A program made the position numbers and the translations under genes. From positions 124,001 through 188,000 of the forward strand of contig NIVC01001711.1 of the NCBI GenBank assembly GCA_002269645.1: 64,000 nt of DNA, given 5' to 3'. Shown here piece by piece: positions 1 through 12,856 of the stretch. This stretch comes from Macrostomum lignano. Taxonomy: Eukaryota. Each line of letters starts with the position of its first letter. The first letter of the stretch is position 1. The notes beneath the pieces were generated by a model that was given only the letters and a program-made list of their open reading frames with translations, was not told the origin of the DNA and searched no databases.

Positions 1-235
1 GTACAGGGCTAAAAGTGACGCTAATATCTAGCCTTCTACAGCGCTAAAATTGCCGCTAATATCTAGTCTTCTACAGGGCTAAAAGTGGCGCTAATATCTA
101 GTCTTCTACAGCGCTAAAAGTGGCGCTAATATATAGTCTTCTACAGCGCTAAAAGTGGCGCTAATATCTAGCCTTCAACAGCGCTAAAAGTGGCGCTAAT
201 ATCTAGCTCTAGCCTTCTACAGCGGTAGAAGTGGC
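1..235. repeat. 35-bp minisatellite (CTAATATCTAGYCTTCTACAGCGCTAAAAGTGGCG), in a CEP135 intron
   Basis: CTAAT recurs at 21, 56, 91, 126, 161, 196; truncated by the window edge. Confidence 0.9.
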
Positions 236-955
236 GTTTATTGAACTAAGGTTTTATTTAGTACACCATGAGAGAGAGATGCAGAGAGACCACGACAACC
301 GGTGTGGTAGGCAAGGCTAGTTAGTGGGGATCTGTGTGAGAAGCAATCCCTTACCCAACTCACCAACCCCACAGGCCCCAGAGTCGGTATACACAGAGCG
401 GGGATTCTCAAGCCAAGGGGGAAGAATGTATGACTCATACAGTTTTTTAACTCCCCTCCCAACCTACTCAAACCATTGACATACGCGCATAGCCACTTGG
501 TTTGCATGCTTTATGACAACTGTGAGACAAAGGTGAAGTGTGCATTAAGGCCCCATTCTTTCATTGTTGAACACCAAAGTATAGAATGCTAGTTAACAAC
601 ACTAGTAATTTCGAAATTTTAGTAACTACTACATCAATAGAGTCTACATGCAAACTTTCGCACAACTCTCTCTGTGAAGTCATTTTTAACATTGTTCTTA
701 TAATTGTTTGCCCAACAAAAACGAAACTTAACCAAGATTTGTTTACACACTATCGCTCTTTCTCTCTCTTCTTAGCCTGCACCCAAGCCTCTTCTCCATA
801 CTGGCAATTATTATTGGCAAACATTGGCGACATCAAAGTCAAACAGTTCCCACGGGGCATTGAGTTTGGCAGCCAGAATTTTAATTAAATTTTAAATAAA
901 GAATGAAAAACGCATTCTTTCCACCTACTATAAGTAGGCTTATCGATTCGCTCAC

Positions 956-1106
956 CATTGGCGGTTAGTTTTTCAACTCGCTGAGCTAAACGTTTCTTAT
1001 CAGCTTGGAGTCGAAGCAGCAGATCCTGCAGTTCGCGATTGTCTTGAGTAGACTCCGTAGCTGCTCGTTTAGTATCAGCCAGCGACTCCTGCAGTTGCTG
1101 GCGCTC
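956..1106 (-). CDS. CEP135: CEP135 coding exon 5 (ERQQLQESLADTKRAATESTQDNRELQDLLLRLQADKKRLAQRVEKLTAN)
   Basis: Acceptor ...aatcAG at 1107-1108, donor GTGAG at 955; phase 0 in from exon 4; coiled-coil sequence resembling the recalled CEP135 KKRLAKKVE region. Confidence 0.75.
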
Positions 1107-1776
1107 CTGATTGTGTCGTTAGTTAAAATGATAGGTTGATTAGATAACGAGACAATTAACTATCCTTATAGAGCTATAGTTACTTCCACTGTTTACCCAG
1201 AACATGTGGCTGACTTTTCGGCATTGGTCACCATACTAGCCATAATTGGCATACTGGGACCAACTTCCTATATGTCAGCGCTACAATCTACTCCTCTCTT
1301 TGGCGAAGTAACAACCACTTACACCCGAAGGGATTTAGGTTGATCTTCATGGCGGAAGGAGCTGCATATAGATAAGCATTAGAATCCGAAACAATAAGAG
1401 AAATGCAAAGATAAGCTATTTCGAGGTCTTCATTTTCGTAAAGCAAAATAATAAGTTGAAAATACACACAAATGATGAAGGATTTCTTCAATACACAAAT
1501 TCACTTGTACAACATACAATATTTTAAATTATTCTTTTTTTATTTTTTATACGACTTGATAACAACCATAAGTAATATTATTTACCGAAAAAAATCTAAA
1601 TTATACTACTCACTACTAAGTAGCATAAATTGTATATTATAAATTTAATTGGAAGTTATGCAAAAATTAAATGCTTCGAATTCAGGTGCACAAAATTTTG
1701 GCTAAAAATGCGCAGGCACTACTACCCGTCATTTACAATTTGAGTAGTAATATCAAGATTGAACTCGAGTATTTAC

Positions 1777-2187
1777 CTCTTCAAGCTGAGCGCAGGCTTC
1801 CTCGAGCTGGGCAAGTCGCTGCCGAGTCGCCTCTAATTGAGCTTTGGCTTGAGCAATTTCTGCGTCAGCGGCTGCCAGCACCTCAGCCTTCTCCACTTCA
1901 ATACGGTGGGCCATACGACCGACATTCTCCAACTCGCCGCTCAGGTGTCGATTCCTGGCGCCCAAGTCGAATTCAGCGCGTCGATCGGCCCCAATTCGGG
2001 CCTCGGCGGCGGCTAGCGCCGTTTCTAATTCGCGATTTCGCGCCGACAGAGCCTCAATCTGGGTGGCCTGTTGATGGAGAAGCCGCTCAGCGCCGCGTGC
2101 CTCGGCCTCCAAGCTGACAGCCTCGTACGGCCGGCCGCCTTCGCAGAGGACTTTCAAACGGGCGATCTCGTCTTCGCGTAGAGCGGC
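1777..2187 (-). CDS. CEP135: CEP135 coding exon 4 (AALREDEIARLKVLCEGGRPYEAVSLE...QLEE)
   Basis: Acceptor ...gccAG at 2188-2189, donor GTAAAT at 1776; 411 nt, phase 0/0; matches the recalled CEP135 motif LREREIERLSVALDGGRSPDVLSLE. Confidence 0.88.
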
Positions 2188-2235
2188 CTGGCAGGGGCGC
2201 GGGTTTTTTGGAGATGGAATTATAATTACGGGCCT

Positions 2236-2625
2236 GGTGAATTCCCTTAGCAACAAGGAAGTGTGTCTGTGGATTTCCCTTAGCAACGAGAATAGGTGCC
2301 TGTGGATTTCCCTTAGCAACGAGGATAGGTGTCTGTGGATTTCCCTTAGCAACGAGGATAGGTGCCTGTGGATTTCCCTTAGCAACGAGGATAGGTGTCT
2401 GTGGATTTCCCTTAGCAACGAGGATAGCGTGTCTGTAGATTTCCCTTACCAGCAAGGAAGCGTGTCTGTGGAATTCCCTTAGCAACAAGATTAGGTGCCT
2501 GTGGATTTCCCTTAGCAACGAGGATAGGTGCCTGTGGATTTCCCTTAGCAACGAGGATAGGTGCCCTGTGGATTTCCCTTAGCAACGAGGATAGCGTGTC
2601 TGTAAATTTCCCTTAGCAACGAGGA
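2236..2625. repeat. 33-bp minisatellite in CEP135 intron 3 (core GATTTCCCTTAGCAAC)
   Basis: About 12 direct copies; explains the repetitive ORFs 2087-2551 and the start of 1753-2418. Confidence 0.9.
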
Positions 2626-3104
2626 AAAATGTACTAATAAGTTAGTAGCATCACTAATAATAGGCAGCTTAAAACGGGAATTAGCAAATAAAATAGGCCT
2701 TATTAGCTAATATGTTTACATCTTAATAATAGGATAGGTGCCTTTAAAAAATGTAATTTAAAAAGTTTACTTGTACAAATCTTTAAGAGAAACGCTGATG
2801 AAGCATGCTCCGCAAAGTTACACAAGCTTGATTTTGATTGACAGTCTATAATTAATACTACTAAAATCAATTTATAAATGGAAAAAAATCATCTGCGCTG
2901 TCACAACCTTGATTGAGGCGAGCTATAGGCTAATTAACGCCAATACCCCAACCTGCTGTCCATATGGGTTTGGCGAGACTAAGGTATAATAAAAGCCAAT
3001 TAAAAAGGTCCACACAAAAAGCTCCCAGATCACGCAAAGCAACCAGCTGACTGTGAGAGTCTCCACTCTTAGCCTTATATCTATATCGTATATCTCGTAT
3101 ATGT

Positions 3105-4395
3105 CTACTCAAGATTTGCCATAGCAACAAGAATAGGCGCGTCAAGTTTTGCCTTAGCAACAAGAATAGGTGCCTGAAGATTTCCCTTAGCAACAATAAT
3201 AGGTGCCAGAAGATTTCCCTTAGCAACAATAATAGGTGCCTGAAGATTTCCCTTAGCAACAAGAATAGGCGCGTCAAGATTTGCCTTAGCAACAAGAATA
3301 GGCGCGTCAAGATTTGCCTTAGCAACAAGAATAGGCGCGTCAAGATTTGCCTTAGCAACAAAAATAGGCGCGTCAAGATTTGCCTTAGCAACCAGAATAG
3401 GCGCCCAAAGATTTCCCTTAGCAACAAGAATAGGTGCCTCAAGATTTCCCTTAGCAACAAGAATAGGCGCGTCAAGATTTGCCTTAGCAACAAGAATAGG
3501 CGCGTCAAGATTTGCCTTAGCAACAAGAATAGGCGCGTCAAGATTTGCCTTAGCAACAAGAATAGGCGCGTCAAGATTTGCCTTAGCAACAAGAATAGGC
3601 GCGTCAAGATTTGCCTTAGCAACAAGAATAGGCGCGTCAAGATTTGCCTTAGCAACCAGAATAGGCGCCCAAAGATTTCCCTTAGCAACAAGAATAGGCG
3701 CCCAAAGATTTCCCTTAGCAACAAGAATAGGCGCCCAAAGATTTCCCTTAGCAACAAGAATAGGCGCCCAAAGATTTCCCTTAGCAACAAGAATAGGCGC
3801 CCAAAGATTTCCCTTAGCAACAAGAATAGGCGCCCAAAGATTTCCCTTAGCAACAAGAATAGGTGCCTCAAGATTTCCCTTAGCAACAAGAATAGGCGCG
3901 TCAAGATTTGCCTTAGCAACAAGAATAGGCGCGTCAAGATTTGCCTTAGCAACAAGAATAGGCGCGTCAAGATTTGCCTTAGCAACAAGAATAGGCGCGT
4001 CAAGATTTGCCTTAGCAACAAGAATAGGCGCGTCAAGATTTGCCTTAGCAACAAGAATAGGCGCGTCAAGATTTGCCTTAGCAACCAGAATAGGCGCCCA
4101 AAGATTTCCCTTAGCAACAAGAATAGGCGCCCAAAGATTTCCCTTAGCAACAAGAATAGGCGCCCAAAGATTTCCCTTAGCAACAAGAATAGGCGCCCAA
4201 AGATTTCCCTTAGCAACAAGAATAGGCGCCCAAAGATTTCCCTTAGCAACAAGAATAGGCGCCCAAAGATTTCCCTTAGCAACAAGAATAGGCGCCCAAA
4301 GATTTCTCTTAGCAACAAGAATAGGCGCCCAAAGATTTCCCTTAGCAACCAGAATAGGCGCCCAAAGATTTCCCTTACAACAAGAATAGGCGCCT
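3105..4395. repeat. 33-bp minisatellite in CEP135 intron 3 (TTTCCCTTAGCAACAAGAATAGGCGCCCAAAGA / TTTGCCTTAGCAAC...GCGTCAAGA variants in blocks)
   Basis: About 39 copies, two variants in alternating runs; same core as the 2236-2625 array. Confidence 0.92.
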
Positions 4396-4496
4396 GAAGA
4401 TTTCTACAGTGGTCTTGATTTTCGGCAGCACTCCAAAAGCCCCACCCCAGCAACTCATTAAATAGCAGGATTAAGCTGGCTTATTGCTAAACTCAC

Positions 4497-4734
4497 CGCC
4501 CGTTTCAGATTAGCAATCCTTCGCTCCTGAATATCGGCTTCTTCATTCTGTCTGTCCAACTGTTTCTGCAATTCGCTGATCCGTTTCTGGGACGCCTTCA
4601 CCAGATCCACAACGTGCGGATCCTGCTGCTGCTTGCGCACGCCTGTCAGCGGCGTCGCTCTGGTCGGCTTCTGTGGCTGCTGACGCTGAGATGACGGTGG
4701 CTCCAGCAGTTCGTCAACTTCCATGCGCTGACGA
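4497..4734 (-). CDS. CEP135: CEP135 coding exon 3 (RQRMEVDELLEPP...DPHVVDLVKASQKRISELQ...LKRA)
   Basis: Acceptor ttgcAG at 4735-4736, donor GTGAGT at 4496; phase 2 in, 0 out; splicing gives YRRQRMEVDE versus recalled vertebrate FRRQRMQIDE. Confidence 0.9.
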
Positions 4735-4945
4735 CTGCAAGGAGAAGTTGGGGATTGCAAGCAGTTCTCAGAGGGTTACTTTTAACTTTTTTGGCCTTTG
4801 GCGATTCTTCCGGTGATTAGAGGTTTTTGAGGGGGCGATTGTTCTGGTGATTCTTCTCAGTACAGAAAGTGCTTCGTTGACGATTCTTTGTGGTTAATGG
4901 TCCTACTTTTTTAGAAAAATGACAACTCAAACGAATTCTACCCAC

Positions 4946-5133
4946 CGATACGGAATGGACTTTTTCTTGCCCGATGGCGTCTGCACCACGGCCAGCAAAT
5001 TTTTCTCTTGCAGTTGCAGGATTTTCTCCGACTTTCGACGGGACTCCTCCTCCATCTGCTTGAGCTTGGCCAGGCACTGCGAGTTGAAAAAGCGAAGGTC
5101 CTCCGCTTCGCTCTCTAAGCGGCGCTTAGCGGC
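4946..5133 (-). CDS. CEP135: CEP135 coding exon 2 (AAKRRLESEAEDLRFFNSQ...LQEKNLLAVVQTPSGKKKSIPY)
   Basis: Acceptor aaacAG at 5134-5135, donor GTGGGT at 4945; 188 nt; LQEKNLxAVVQTPxGKK is a CEP135 signature. Confidence 0.92.
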
Positions 5134-5204
5134 CTGTTTGGTGTTGGTGAGTATTGGCTTTATCAGTGGATAAACATAGACTCAAGGCGAGTTTAATAGG
5201 ATCT

Positions 5205-5765
5205 GGTACGCAGGCCCAGCAACTGAGAATCTGGGAGGCTGGCGCAGCAACTGAGAATCTGGGAGGCTGGCCCAGCAACTGAGAATCTGGGAGGCTGGCG
5301 CAGCAACTGATGATCTGGGAGATGGTCCAGCAACTGATGATCTGGGAGGCTGGCCCAGCAACTGAGGATCTGGGAGGCTGGCGCGGCAACTGAGAATCTG
5401 GGAGGCTGGCCCAGCAACTGAGAATCTGGGAGGCTGGCGCAGCAACTGATGATCTGGGAGATGGTCCAGCAACTGATGATCTGGGAGGCTGGCCCAGCAA
5501 CTGAGGATCTGGGAGGCTGGCGCAGCAACTGAGAATCTGGGAGGCTGGCCCAGCAACTGAGAATCTGGGAGGCTGGCCCAGCAACTGAGGATCTGGGAGG
5601 CTGGCCCAGCAACTAAGGATCTGGGAGGCTGGCCCAGCAACTGACACTCTGGGAGGCTGGCCCAGCAACTGACACTCTGGGAGGCTGGCCCAGCAACTGA
5701 GGATCTGGGAGGCTGGCTCAGCAACTGAGGATCTGGGAGATGGTCCAGCAACTGATGATAAGGGA
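5205..5765. repeat. 28-bp minisatellite in CEP135 intron 1 (GGCCCAGCAACTGAGAATCTGGGAGGCT)
   Basis: About 20 direct copies. Confidence 0.9.
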
Positions 5766-5880
5766 GGCTGGTGGCCCAGAAACGGAGGATAAGGGAGGAC
5801 GGTGGTGGTCCAGCAGCAGCAGCTGAGGATCTGAGTTTGAGGTGTATGTTTAGCTTATGATCTACAACAACCCAGCTTAC

Positions 5881-6207
5881 CATGAGCTCCCGATTCTCTT
5901 CATCATATTTCTGTTTAAGCCTGAGCAGTTCCTGATGCAGCTCATTGTTCTCCTTAACCAGCTTCCCATTGTCAGACTTATACGGCTCAATGTATTCTTC
6001 AATTTTAGATTTCACTTCGACTTTCTTCTCGGTCTCCTGTTTGGCTCGGCGCAGGTGCTCGGTGGTCCAGATGAGGTCGGCTAGCAGCCGCTCAGCCAAT
6101 GGCAGGGCTTCCACAGTGAGCGGCTGCCGGTAGCCCAGCTGGTCCAGCTTCTTGCGCGTGTTGGTGAAGCGCTCCTCAACAGCTGAGACGGCTTCGCCGC
6201 CAGACAT
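5881..6207 (-). CDS. CEP135: CEP135/BLD10 centriolar protein, coding exon 1 (MSGGEAVSAVEERFTNTRKKLDQLGYRQPL...ENNELHQEL)
   Basis: ATG in gccatcATG context, donor GTAAGC at 5880; N-terminus matches the recalled CEP135 RKRLDQLGYRQTL...EPYKxxNxxLxxENNEL. Confidence 0.93.
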
Positions 6208-7354
6208 GATGGCTGCAGTGGTGATGGCAGTGATAACATTATTGGATTATTATTGAAATCTGTGCAATAATTGTGCATAACTAGCTGTTTAGAATCTATC
6301 AAGACCCTATTTTAAACATTGTTCAATAGACATTCTAGAGGTGTGATTAATATTTTGTCAGAGAAAGTCTCTTGATTATAAGTGTTTAGTATTTTAGCGA
6401 TTGCAATAAGTTTAATGATGACTGCAATATCCAGCATTTTTCTGGCTTTTAAAACAATACTCATTAGTCTTTATTATCACAATTATGATTACTGATTGTA
6501 CTTGCATTTTATGACTCAACACTTTTAGAGACACAGTGGCCATGTCTGATATTGTATAGGTTTATACTTGAGAACATGGTGATTTACATAGCAATTTTTG
6601 TCCCTAATAGAGAGTAAGCTTTGCACTAGAAAACTTGACTCCACAAAATCCACTCTGAAATCTTTAAGGTTAATCTTTTTTCTATTGTTAATAAATAAAT
6701 AAGCTAGTATTGCATTGATTTATTAGTTTCTATAAATTTAGCTTCCATGGGCCTATTGATTTATTAATCATGATTGGAAAAAATGTGTTGGGATAATAGG
6801 CATGTCAATTTTCACAAAGGCCTTTTTTATTTTGTTATAGTTGAGTAGATTGCATTTTTGATATCACCTTATAATAGTACAAAGAAATTTGCTTAAATAA
6901 ATAAAATAAACAATCTAATCTAACCTGACCATAACTGGCAATAAAAAGGTAAAATATTAATTATTAAACTAAGAAATTCAAAAGTTAATTATCATAAAGA
7001 TATAGCATTGGTAATTGTAAATCTTCTTTGTTACCAAAGTGGCTATTATTGGAATGGATTATATTAGGGCATATAGTCCTGCCTAGGCATATTGCTTAAA
7101 CCCAAGAGACATTTTGCCTCTCTATGCATATTGCCTATCCCCAAATGTTCTGTCTCCTAGGCTTAGTGCCTATCTCAAACATTTAATTTCCTAGGCAGTT
7201 TGCCTCTTCCAATTCTCTATTTCTATTAGGCCTAGGCATTCCATCCTCCCTACCAAACTTCTCTATTAGACATTAGTTTTAGTTAGGAAGTGTCTTGCCA
7301 CTAAGACACTGAATGCTACCTAAGTGTTGATCAAGCATATTTATATTAAAATAA

Positions 7355-7450
7355 GAAATTCTTTATCCATTCTAAGAAACCCCCAAGGTCTATTAGATGA
7401 TAAGGCATTTAGCCCTTATAAGACAGTCATAGTTACTCCTGCCATTTACC
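7355..7450 (-). pseudogene. Degenerate fragment of 28S (LSU) rRNA around the conserved R2-target region
   Basis: Minus strand GGGTAAATGGCAGGAGTAACTATGACTGTCTT...AAATGCCTTATCATCTAAT versus canonical GGGTAAACGGCGGGAGTAACTATGACTCTCTT...AAATGCCTCGTCATCTAAT; similarity is not evident beyond about 95 nt. Confidence 0.6.
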
Positions 7451-9224
7451 CAAAATTGCATTAATGTTGCTCTAGTCTAGGGTTTCTTTCACAGGTAAGT
7501 CGCATAACCAATGTAAATCAGGGGGGTTGCGCATGTATGCTGCTAAGTCTGGTTAACCTTCTTACTCAGCACCCTGGCACCACTAGATTAGGCCTAGGCC
7601 TAATTTGTTCAAGGTAACTTGCTTACTCATCAAATTAATTTAGTTTTAATTTACTTTGTTTTTAAAGTCCTATATAATAATAACCAAAATTAATCAGCAA
7701 AAAAATAAATTCTTCATTTGATTAAAACCATAGCTTCTCTCAAGTTATTTGCCCATAGGGCATAAAATAACCAACAGTTCTTATCTCAAAGAAAGCTTTG
7801 TTTGAGACTACTATGTTCCATAATATATATGCTGGTAACAGTGCTATTCTATTGATAATAATCAGCTAAGCATTATGACATAAATTGAACTTTGGTATCT
7901 AAGGCCCCAATTCGAATGACCATGCTTAACAAAGACCACTTAACTATGATTACAACTACCTTTTCCTTGGAATTGAGGACCTGGTAGAGGGAGTATTTAG
8001 GAAAAACCTATTGAGATTTGATTGTGCAATTTTCTAGAATCATTCATATGAATTAAAGGCATTTAAAATTTGCCAACTGCCTAAATAGTTGCTTTTTTTC
8101 TGCCTCTACCTTAGTCTCTACTCTATCCTAAATAGGTGGCAGCCATGAAATTAATCCGCAAACATGAAATAGAGTCCATACTGACGAGTCCATAATCATG
8201 AGCTTGGCCGGAGGCGGTCGAAGCGCATGCCCAGAGCCCAGACGCAAATTTGCTCACTATCGAAATTTGCTGCCCAAACGCGACGATACAGTTCACGGAG
8301 AGCTAGCTCTACGATCGAGACCTCGCTCGAGAGAACTTTTGCTCTGGACCCTCATGGTTGCTGAGTCCGGCGACACCCGACGACAACCAGCTAGCCGGGC
8401 CAAAAGCTTACAAAATCATCGGGCTAACCGGCAGGAAAGCGCGCTCTCGAGCTCTCGCTTCTCCCGGCTAGACGGGCCGAAAGCGCGCTCCCATACAATC
8501 AAATGGGAGTGTATCAATTGAAAGCTTTTACGGGTGTTTAATAACAATTTGCAGTAGAAAAATCGACGTTTGTTAATATTAATTCGCTTGCATGTAATTT
8601 GAAAACAAAATTTACAGGAATAAGGGTTCCTGTGTTCAACGTTCAACAAAAGCTTCTAAGGCATATTTATTGTGCTACTGTGAATTGCTGTGCTGGCCTA
8701 TGCACTAGACTAAACAAGTGAAGGCTTCGTGTACAAGATAAATGAAAGGAGCTTTTCTTAAATTTCTTGTGCATTATTATGTGATTGCTTAAGTAATTTT
8801 GTTCTATAGTTTAAAGCCTGTCACGTTTCAGTTAATTAATAATACAGGCATTTGAAATATAAATGTAGGTCTAATATTATGAGAAGTAACTTATAAGCTG
8901 CTTTTATTCAATTATAAAAAGGCTTCAATTCAATTAAATTCTATTATTTAGCAATAGCCCTATGTATGTAGGAAAGCCTATTGATTGAGCACTAAGCCTA
9001 GCTAATTGACTTGGTCTTAATGAATAGATTTAGCTAACTTACTAGAAAAGAGCCTTAAAATTTTTGTTTTTTCTATCTATCTACTTTATGTATACCATTA
9101 GGCCTAGACTAAATAACAAACTATAAAACTAAGCCTACAGTATTTTATAAAATACTTAATCCTTGACTTATTTTCTTTTTCTTAGTTCCCCTCTCCCCTA
9201 ACCTTGGATTTCCGCCCTCTAACC

Positions 9225-12170
9225 CTAGCTTCTCTCTCCCCTGACCCTGGCTTCCCTCCCCTGACCCTGGCTTCCCTCCCCAGACCCTGGCTTCCCTCCC
9301 CAGACCCTGGCTTCCCTCCCCAGACCCTGGCTTCCCTCCCCAGACCCTGGCTTCCCTCCCCCTGACACTAGCTTCTCTTCCCCTGACCCTGGCTTCCCTC
9401 CCCAGACCCTGGCTTCCCTCCCCAGACCCTGGCTTCCCTCCCCTGACCCTGGCTTCCCTCCCCCTGACGCTGGCTTCCCTCCCCTGACCCTGGCTTCTCT
9501 CCCCCTGACCCTGGCTTCTCTCCCCCTGACGCTGGCTTCTCTCCCCCTGACCCTGGCTTCCCTCCCCCTGACCCTGGCTTCTCTCCCCCTGACCCTGGCT
9601 TCCCTCCCCTGACCTTAGCTTCCCTCCCCCTGACCCTGGCTTCCCTCCCCAGACCCTGGCTTCAATCCCCCTAAGCCTGGCTTCCCTCCCCCTGACGCTG
9701 GCTTCCCTCCCCAGACCCTGGCTTCTCTCCCCCTGACCCTGGCTTCCCTCCCCTGACCCTGGCTTCCCTCCCCAGACCTTGGCTTCCCTCCCCTGATCCT
9801 GGCTTCCCTCCCTAGACCGTGGCTTCCCTCCCCTGACCCTGGCTTCCCTCCCCGGACCTTGGCTTCCCTCCCCAGACCCTGGCTTCCCTCCCCAGACCTT
9901 GGCTTCCCTCCCCAGACCCTGGCTTCCCTCCCCTGACGCTAGCTTCCCTCCCCCTGACCCTGGTTTCCCTCCCCCTGACGCTGGCTTCCCTCCCCAGACC
10001 CTGGCTTCCCTCCCCTGACCCTGGCTTCCCTTCCCTGACCCTGGCTTCCCTCCCCAGACCCTGGCTTCCCTCCCCTGACCCTCGCTTCCCTCCCCCTGAC
10101 GCTAGCTTCTCTCCCCCTGACCCTGGCTTCTCTCCCCCTGACGCTGGCTTCTCTCCCCCTGACCCTGGCTTCCCTCCCCCTGACCCTGGCTTCTCTCCCC
10201 CTGACCCTGGCTTCCCTCCCCTGACCCTGGCTTCCCTCCCCCTGACCCTGGCTTCCCTCCCCCTGACCCTGGCTTCCCTCCCCCTGACGCTAGCTTCTCT
10301 CCCCCTGACCCTGGCTTCTCTCCCCCTGACGCTGGCTTCTCTCCCCCTGACCCTGGCTTCCCTCCCCCTGACCCTGGCTTCTCTCCCCCTGACCCTGGCT
10401 TCCCTCCCCTGACCCTGGCTTCCCTCCCCCTGACCCTGGCTTCCCTCCCCCTGACCCTGGCTTCCCTCCCCTGACCCTGGCTTCTCTCCCCCTGACCCTG
10501 GCTTCCCTCCCCAGACCCTGGCTTCCCTTCCCTGACCCTGGCTTCCCTCCCCCTGATGCTAGCTTCTCTCCCCCTGACCCTGGCTTCCCTCCCCCTGACG
10601 CTAGCTTCTCTCCCCCTGACCCTGGCTTCCCTCCCCTGACCCTGGCTTCCCTCCGCTGACCCTGGCTTCCCTCCCCTGACCCTGGCTTCCCTCCCCCTGA
10701 CCCTGGCTTCCCTCCCCAGACCTTGGCTTCCCTCCCCTGATCCTGGCTTCCCTCCCTAGACCGTGGCTTCCCTCCGCTGACCCTGGCTTCCCTCCCCGGA
10801 CCATAGCTTCCCTCCCCAGACCCTGGCTTCCCTCCCCAGACCCTGGCTTCCCTCCCCAGACCCTGGCTTCCCTCCCCCTGACGCTAGCTTCCCTCCCCCT
10901 GACCCTGGTTTCCCTCCCCCTGACGCTGGCTTCCCTCCCCAGACCCTGGCTTCCCTCCGCTGACCCTGGCTTCCCTCTCCTGACCCTGGCTTCCCTCCCC
11001 AGACCCTGGCTTCCCTCCCCTGACCCTCGCTTCCCTCCCCCTGACGCTAGCTTCTCTCCCCCTGACCCTGGCTTTCCTCCCCTGACCCTGGCTTCTCTCT
11101 CCCTGACCTTGGTTTCCCTCCCCTGACCCTGGCTTCTCTCCCCCTGACCCTGGCTTCCCTCCCCTGACCCTGGCTTCCTCCCCCCTGACGCTAGCTTCTC
11201 TCCCCCTGACCCTGGCTTCCCTCCCCCTGACCCTGGCTTCCCTCCCCTGACCCTGGCTTCCCTCCCCTGACCCTGGCTTCCCTCCCCTGACGCTAGCTTC
11301 CCTCCCCCTGACGCTGGCTTCCCTCCCCTGACCCTGGCTTCCCTCCCCAGACCCTGGCTTCTCTCCCCTGACCCTGGCTTCCCTCCCCCTGACGCTGGCT
11401 TCTCTCCCCCTGACCCTGGCTTCCCTCCCCCTGACGCTAGCTTCTCTCCCCCCTGATCCTGGCTTCCCTCCCCTGACCCTGGCTTCCCTCCCTTGACCTT
11501 GGCTTCTCTCCTCCCTGACCCTGGCTTCCCTCCCCTGACCCCTGGCTTCCCTCCCCTGACCCTGGCTTCCCTCCCCTGACCCTGGCTTCCCTCCCCAGAC
11601 CCTGGCTTCCCTTCCCCTGACGCTAGCTTCTCTCCCCTGACCCTGGCTTCCCTCCCCCTGACACTAGCTTCTCTTCCCCTGACCCTGGCTTCCCTCCCCA
11701 GACCCTGGCTTCCCTCCCCCCTGACCCTGGCTTCCCTCCCCTGACCCTGGCTTCCCTCCCCAGACCCTGGCTTCCCTCCCCTGACCCTGGCTTCTCTCCC
11801 CCTGACCCTGGCTTCCCTCCCCCTGACGCTAGCTTCTCTCCCCCTGACCCTGGCTTCCCTCCCCAGACCCTGGCTTCCCTCCCCTGACCCTGGCTTCCCT
11901 CCCCAGACCCTGGCTTCCCTCCCCCTGACGCTAGCTTCTCTCCCCCTGACCCTGGCTTCTCTCCCCTGACCCTGGCTTCCCTCTCCAGACCCTGGCTTCC
12001 CTCCCCCTGACGCTAGCTTCTCTCCCCCTGACCTTGGCTTCTCTCCTCCCTGACCCTGACTTCCCTCCCCTGACCCCTGGCTTCCTTTCCTGACCCATCG
12101 CTTCCTCTCCTGACCCATGGCTTCCTCTACTGACCCATGGCTTCCTCTCCTGACCCATGGCTTCCCTCAC
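9225..12170. repeat. 20-22-bp minisatellite in the left foldback arm (CCCTGACCCTGGCTTCCCTCC)
   Basis: About 2.9 kb of direct repeats; reverse complement of the right-arm array. Confidence 0.95.
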
Positions 12171-12856
12171 TCCTGACCAGTGGCTCTGCCTCCTTGCTCT
12201 TTCCCCCTGCTTTGCCTCCTGGTTTTCTGCCCTCTGCTCTGTCCGCACGGCTTTGCTTCCTGCTCTGCCCTCCCTGCTATCTGCTCTACCCTGCTTCTCC
12301 GCCCTCTGCTAAAGTAGTCTCGTATTAGTACCAAGCAGCACAGCTTATTGAAAGCACATTCTTCCTTCAGAAAAAGCTACCGGTGAAGCCCAGCTGCTGT
12401 ACCATTGGCACCTTTGCTTTGGTCTCCGCCTCGAACAACGCTGATGCGGCCGGGACTGCCGCTGGTTCTGCTTAAGCAGCCGCCTCGAACACCGCTACAT
12501 TGGGTGCAAAGCGTACCATAACCTTCAGCAATGCGGTGATCGTATCAAAGTCAGCTCAGAATGGAACGGTCGTTAAAAGGATTTTGTCTTGAGCTGTCAG
12601 CAAATGGAAATTCGTATCATTGACAGTTCATGTTAGCTTTATTTACAGTCAATTTTTTAACTTTGTTTAACTGTACTTTTTACCCTTGCTCTACTTTTAT
12701 CCATAACTTGTTTTTTTCTTGCTCATGTACTCTATGCATGCACATATACATGCATTAGTACTTCCGATCACCGTTAGTGAGGTTTCACAAGTCACCAATA
12801 GTCGTAACACAAAAGCCATGCATTGACAAGCCATATCTAATTTTTGCAGAGGCGAG

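Noticed and set aside
238-888. Further CEP135 exon in ORFs 238-507 or 586-888
   Set aside because: No coiled-coil or CEP135 similarity and no convincing phase-1 acceptor; the next exon probably lies left of the window.
2930-4453. 507-aa ORF and other long repetitive ORFs (10601-12118, 12777-13574, 18729-19981, 5126-5668)
   Set aside because: They are translations of stop-free minisatellites, lie in introns or transposon arms, and mostly lack ATG starts.
6300-8150. Mitochondrial insertion (NUMT)
   Set aside because: AT-rich, but the only recognisable piece matches cytoplasmic 28S rather than mt rrnL, and no mt protein motifs are seen.
8175-8230. CTGACGAGTCC, the start of a schistosome-type hammerhead
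   Set aside because: No matching GGAC-GAAA half downstream.
8416-8649. Identical 77-aa ORFs here and at 25495-25728
   Set aside because: By-product of the inverted arms; useful only as evidence of arm identity.
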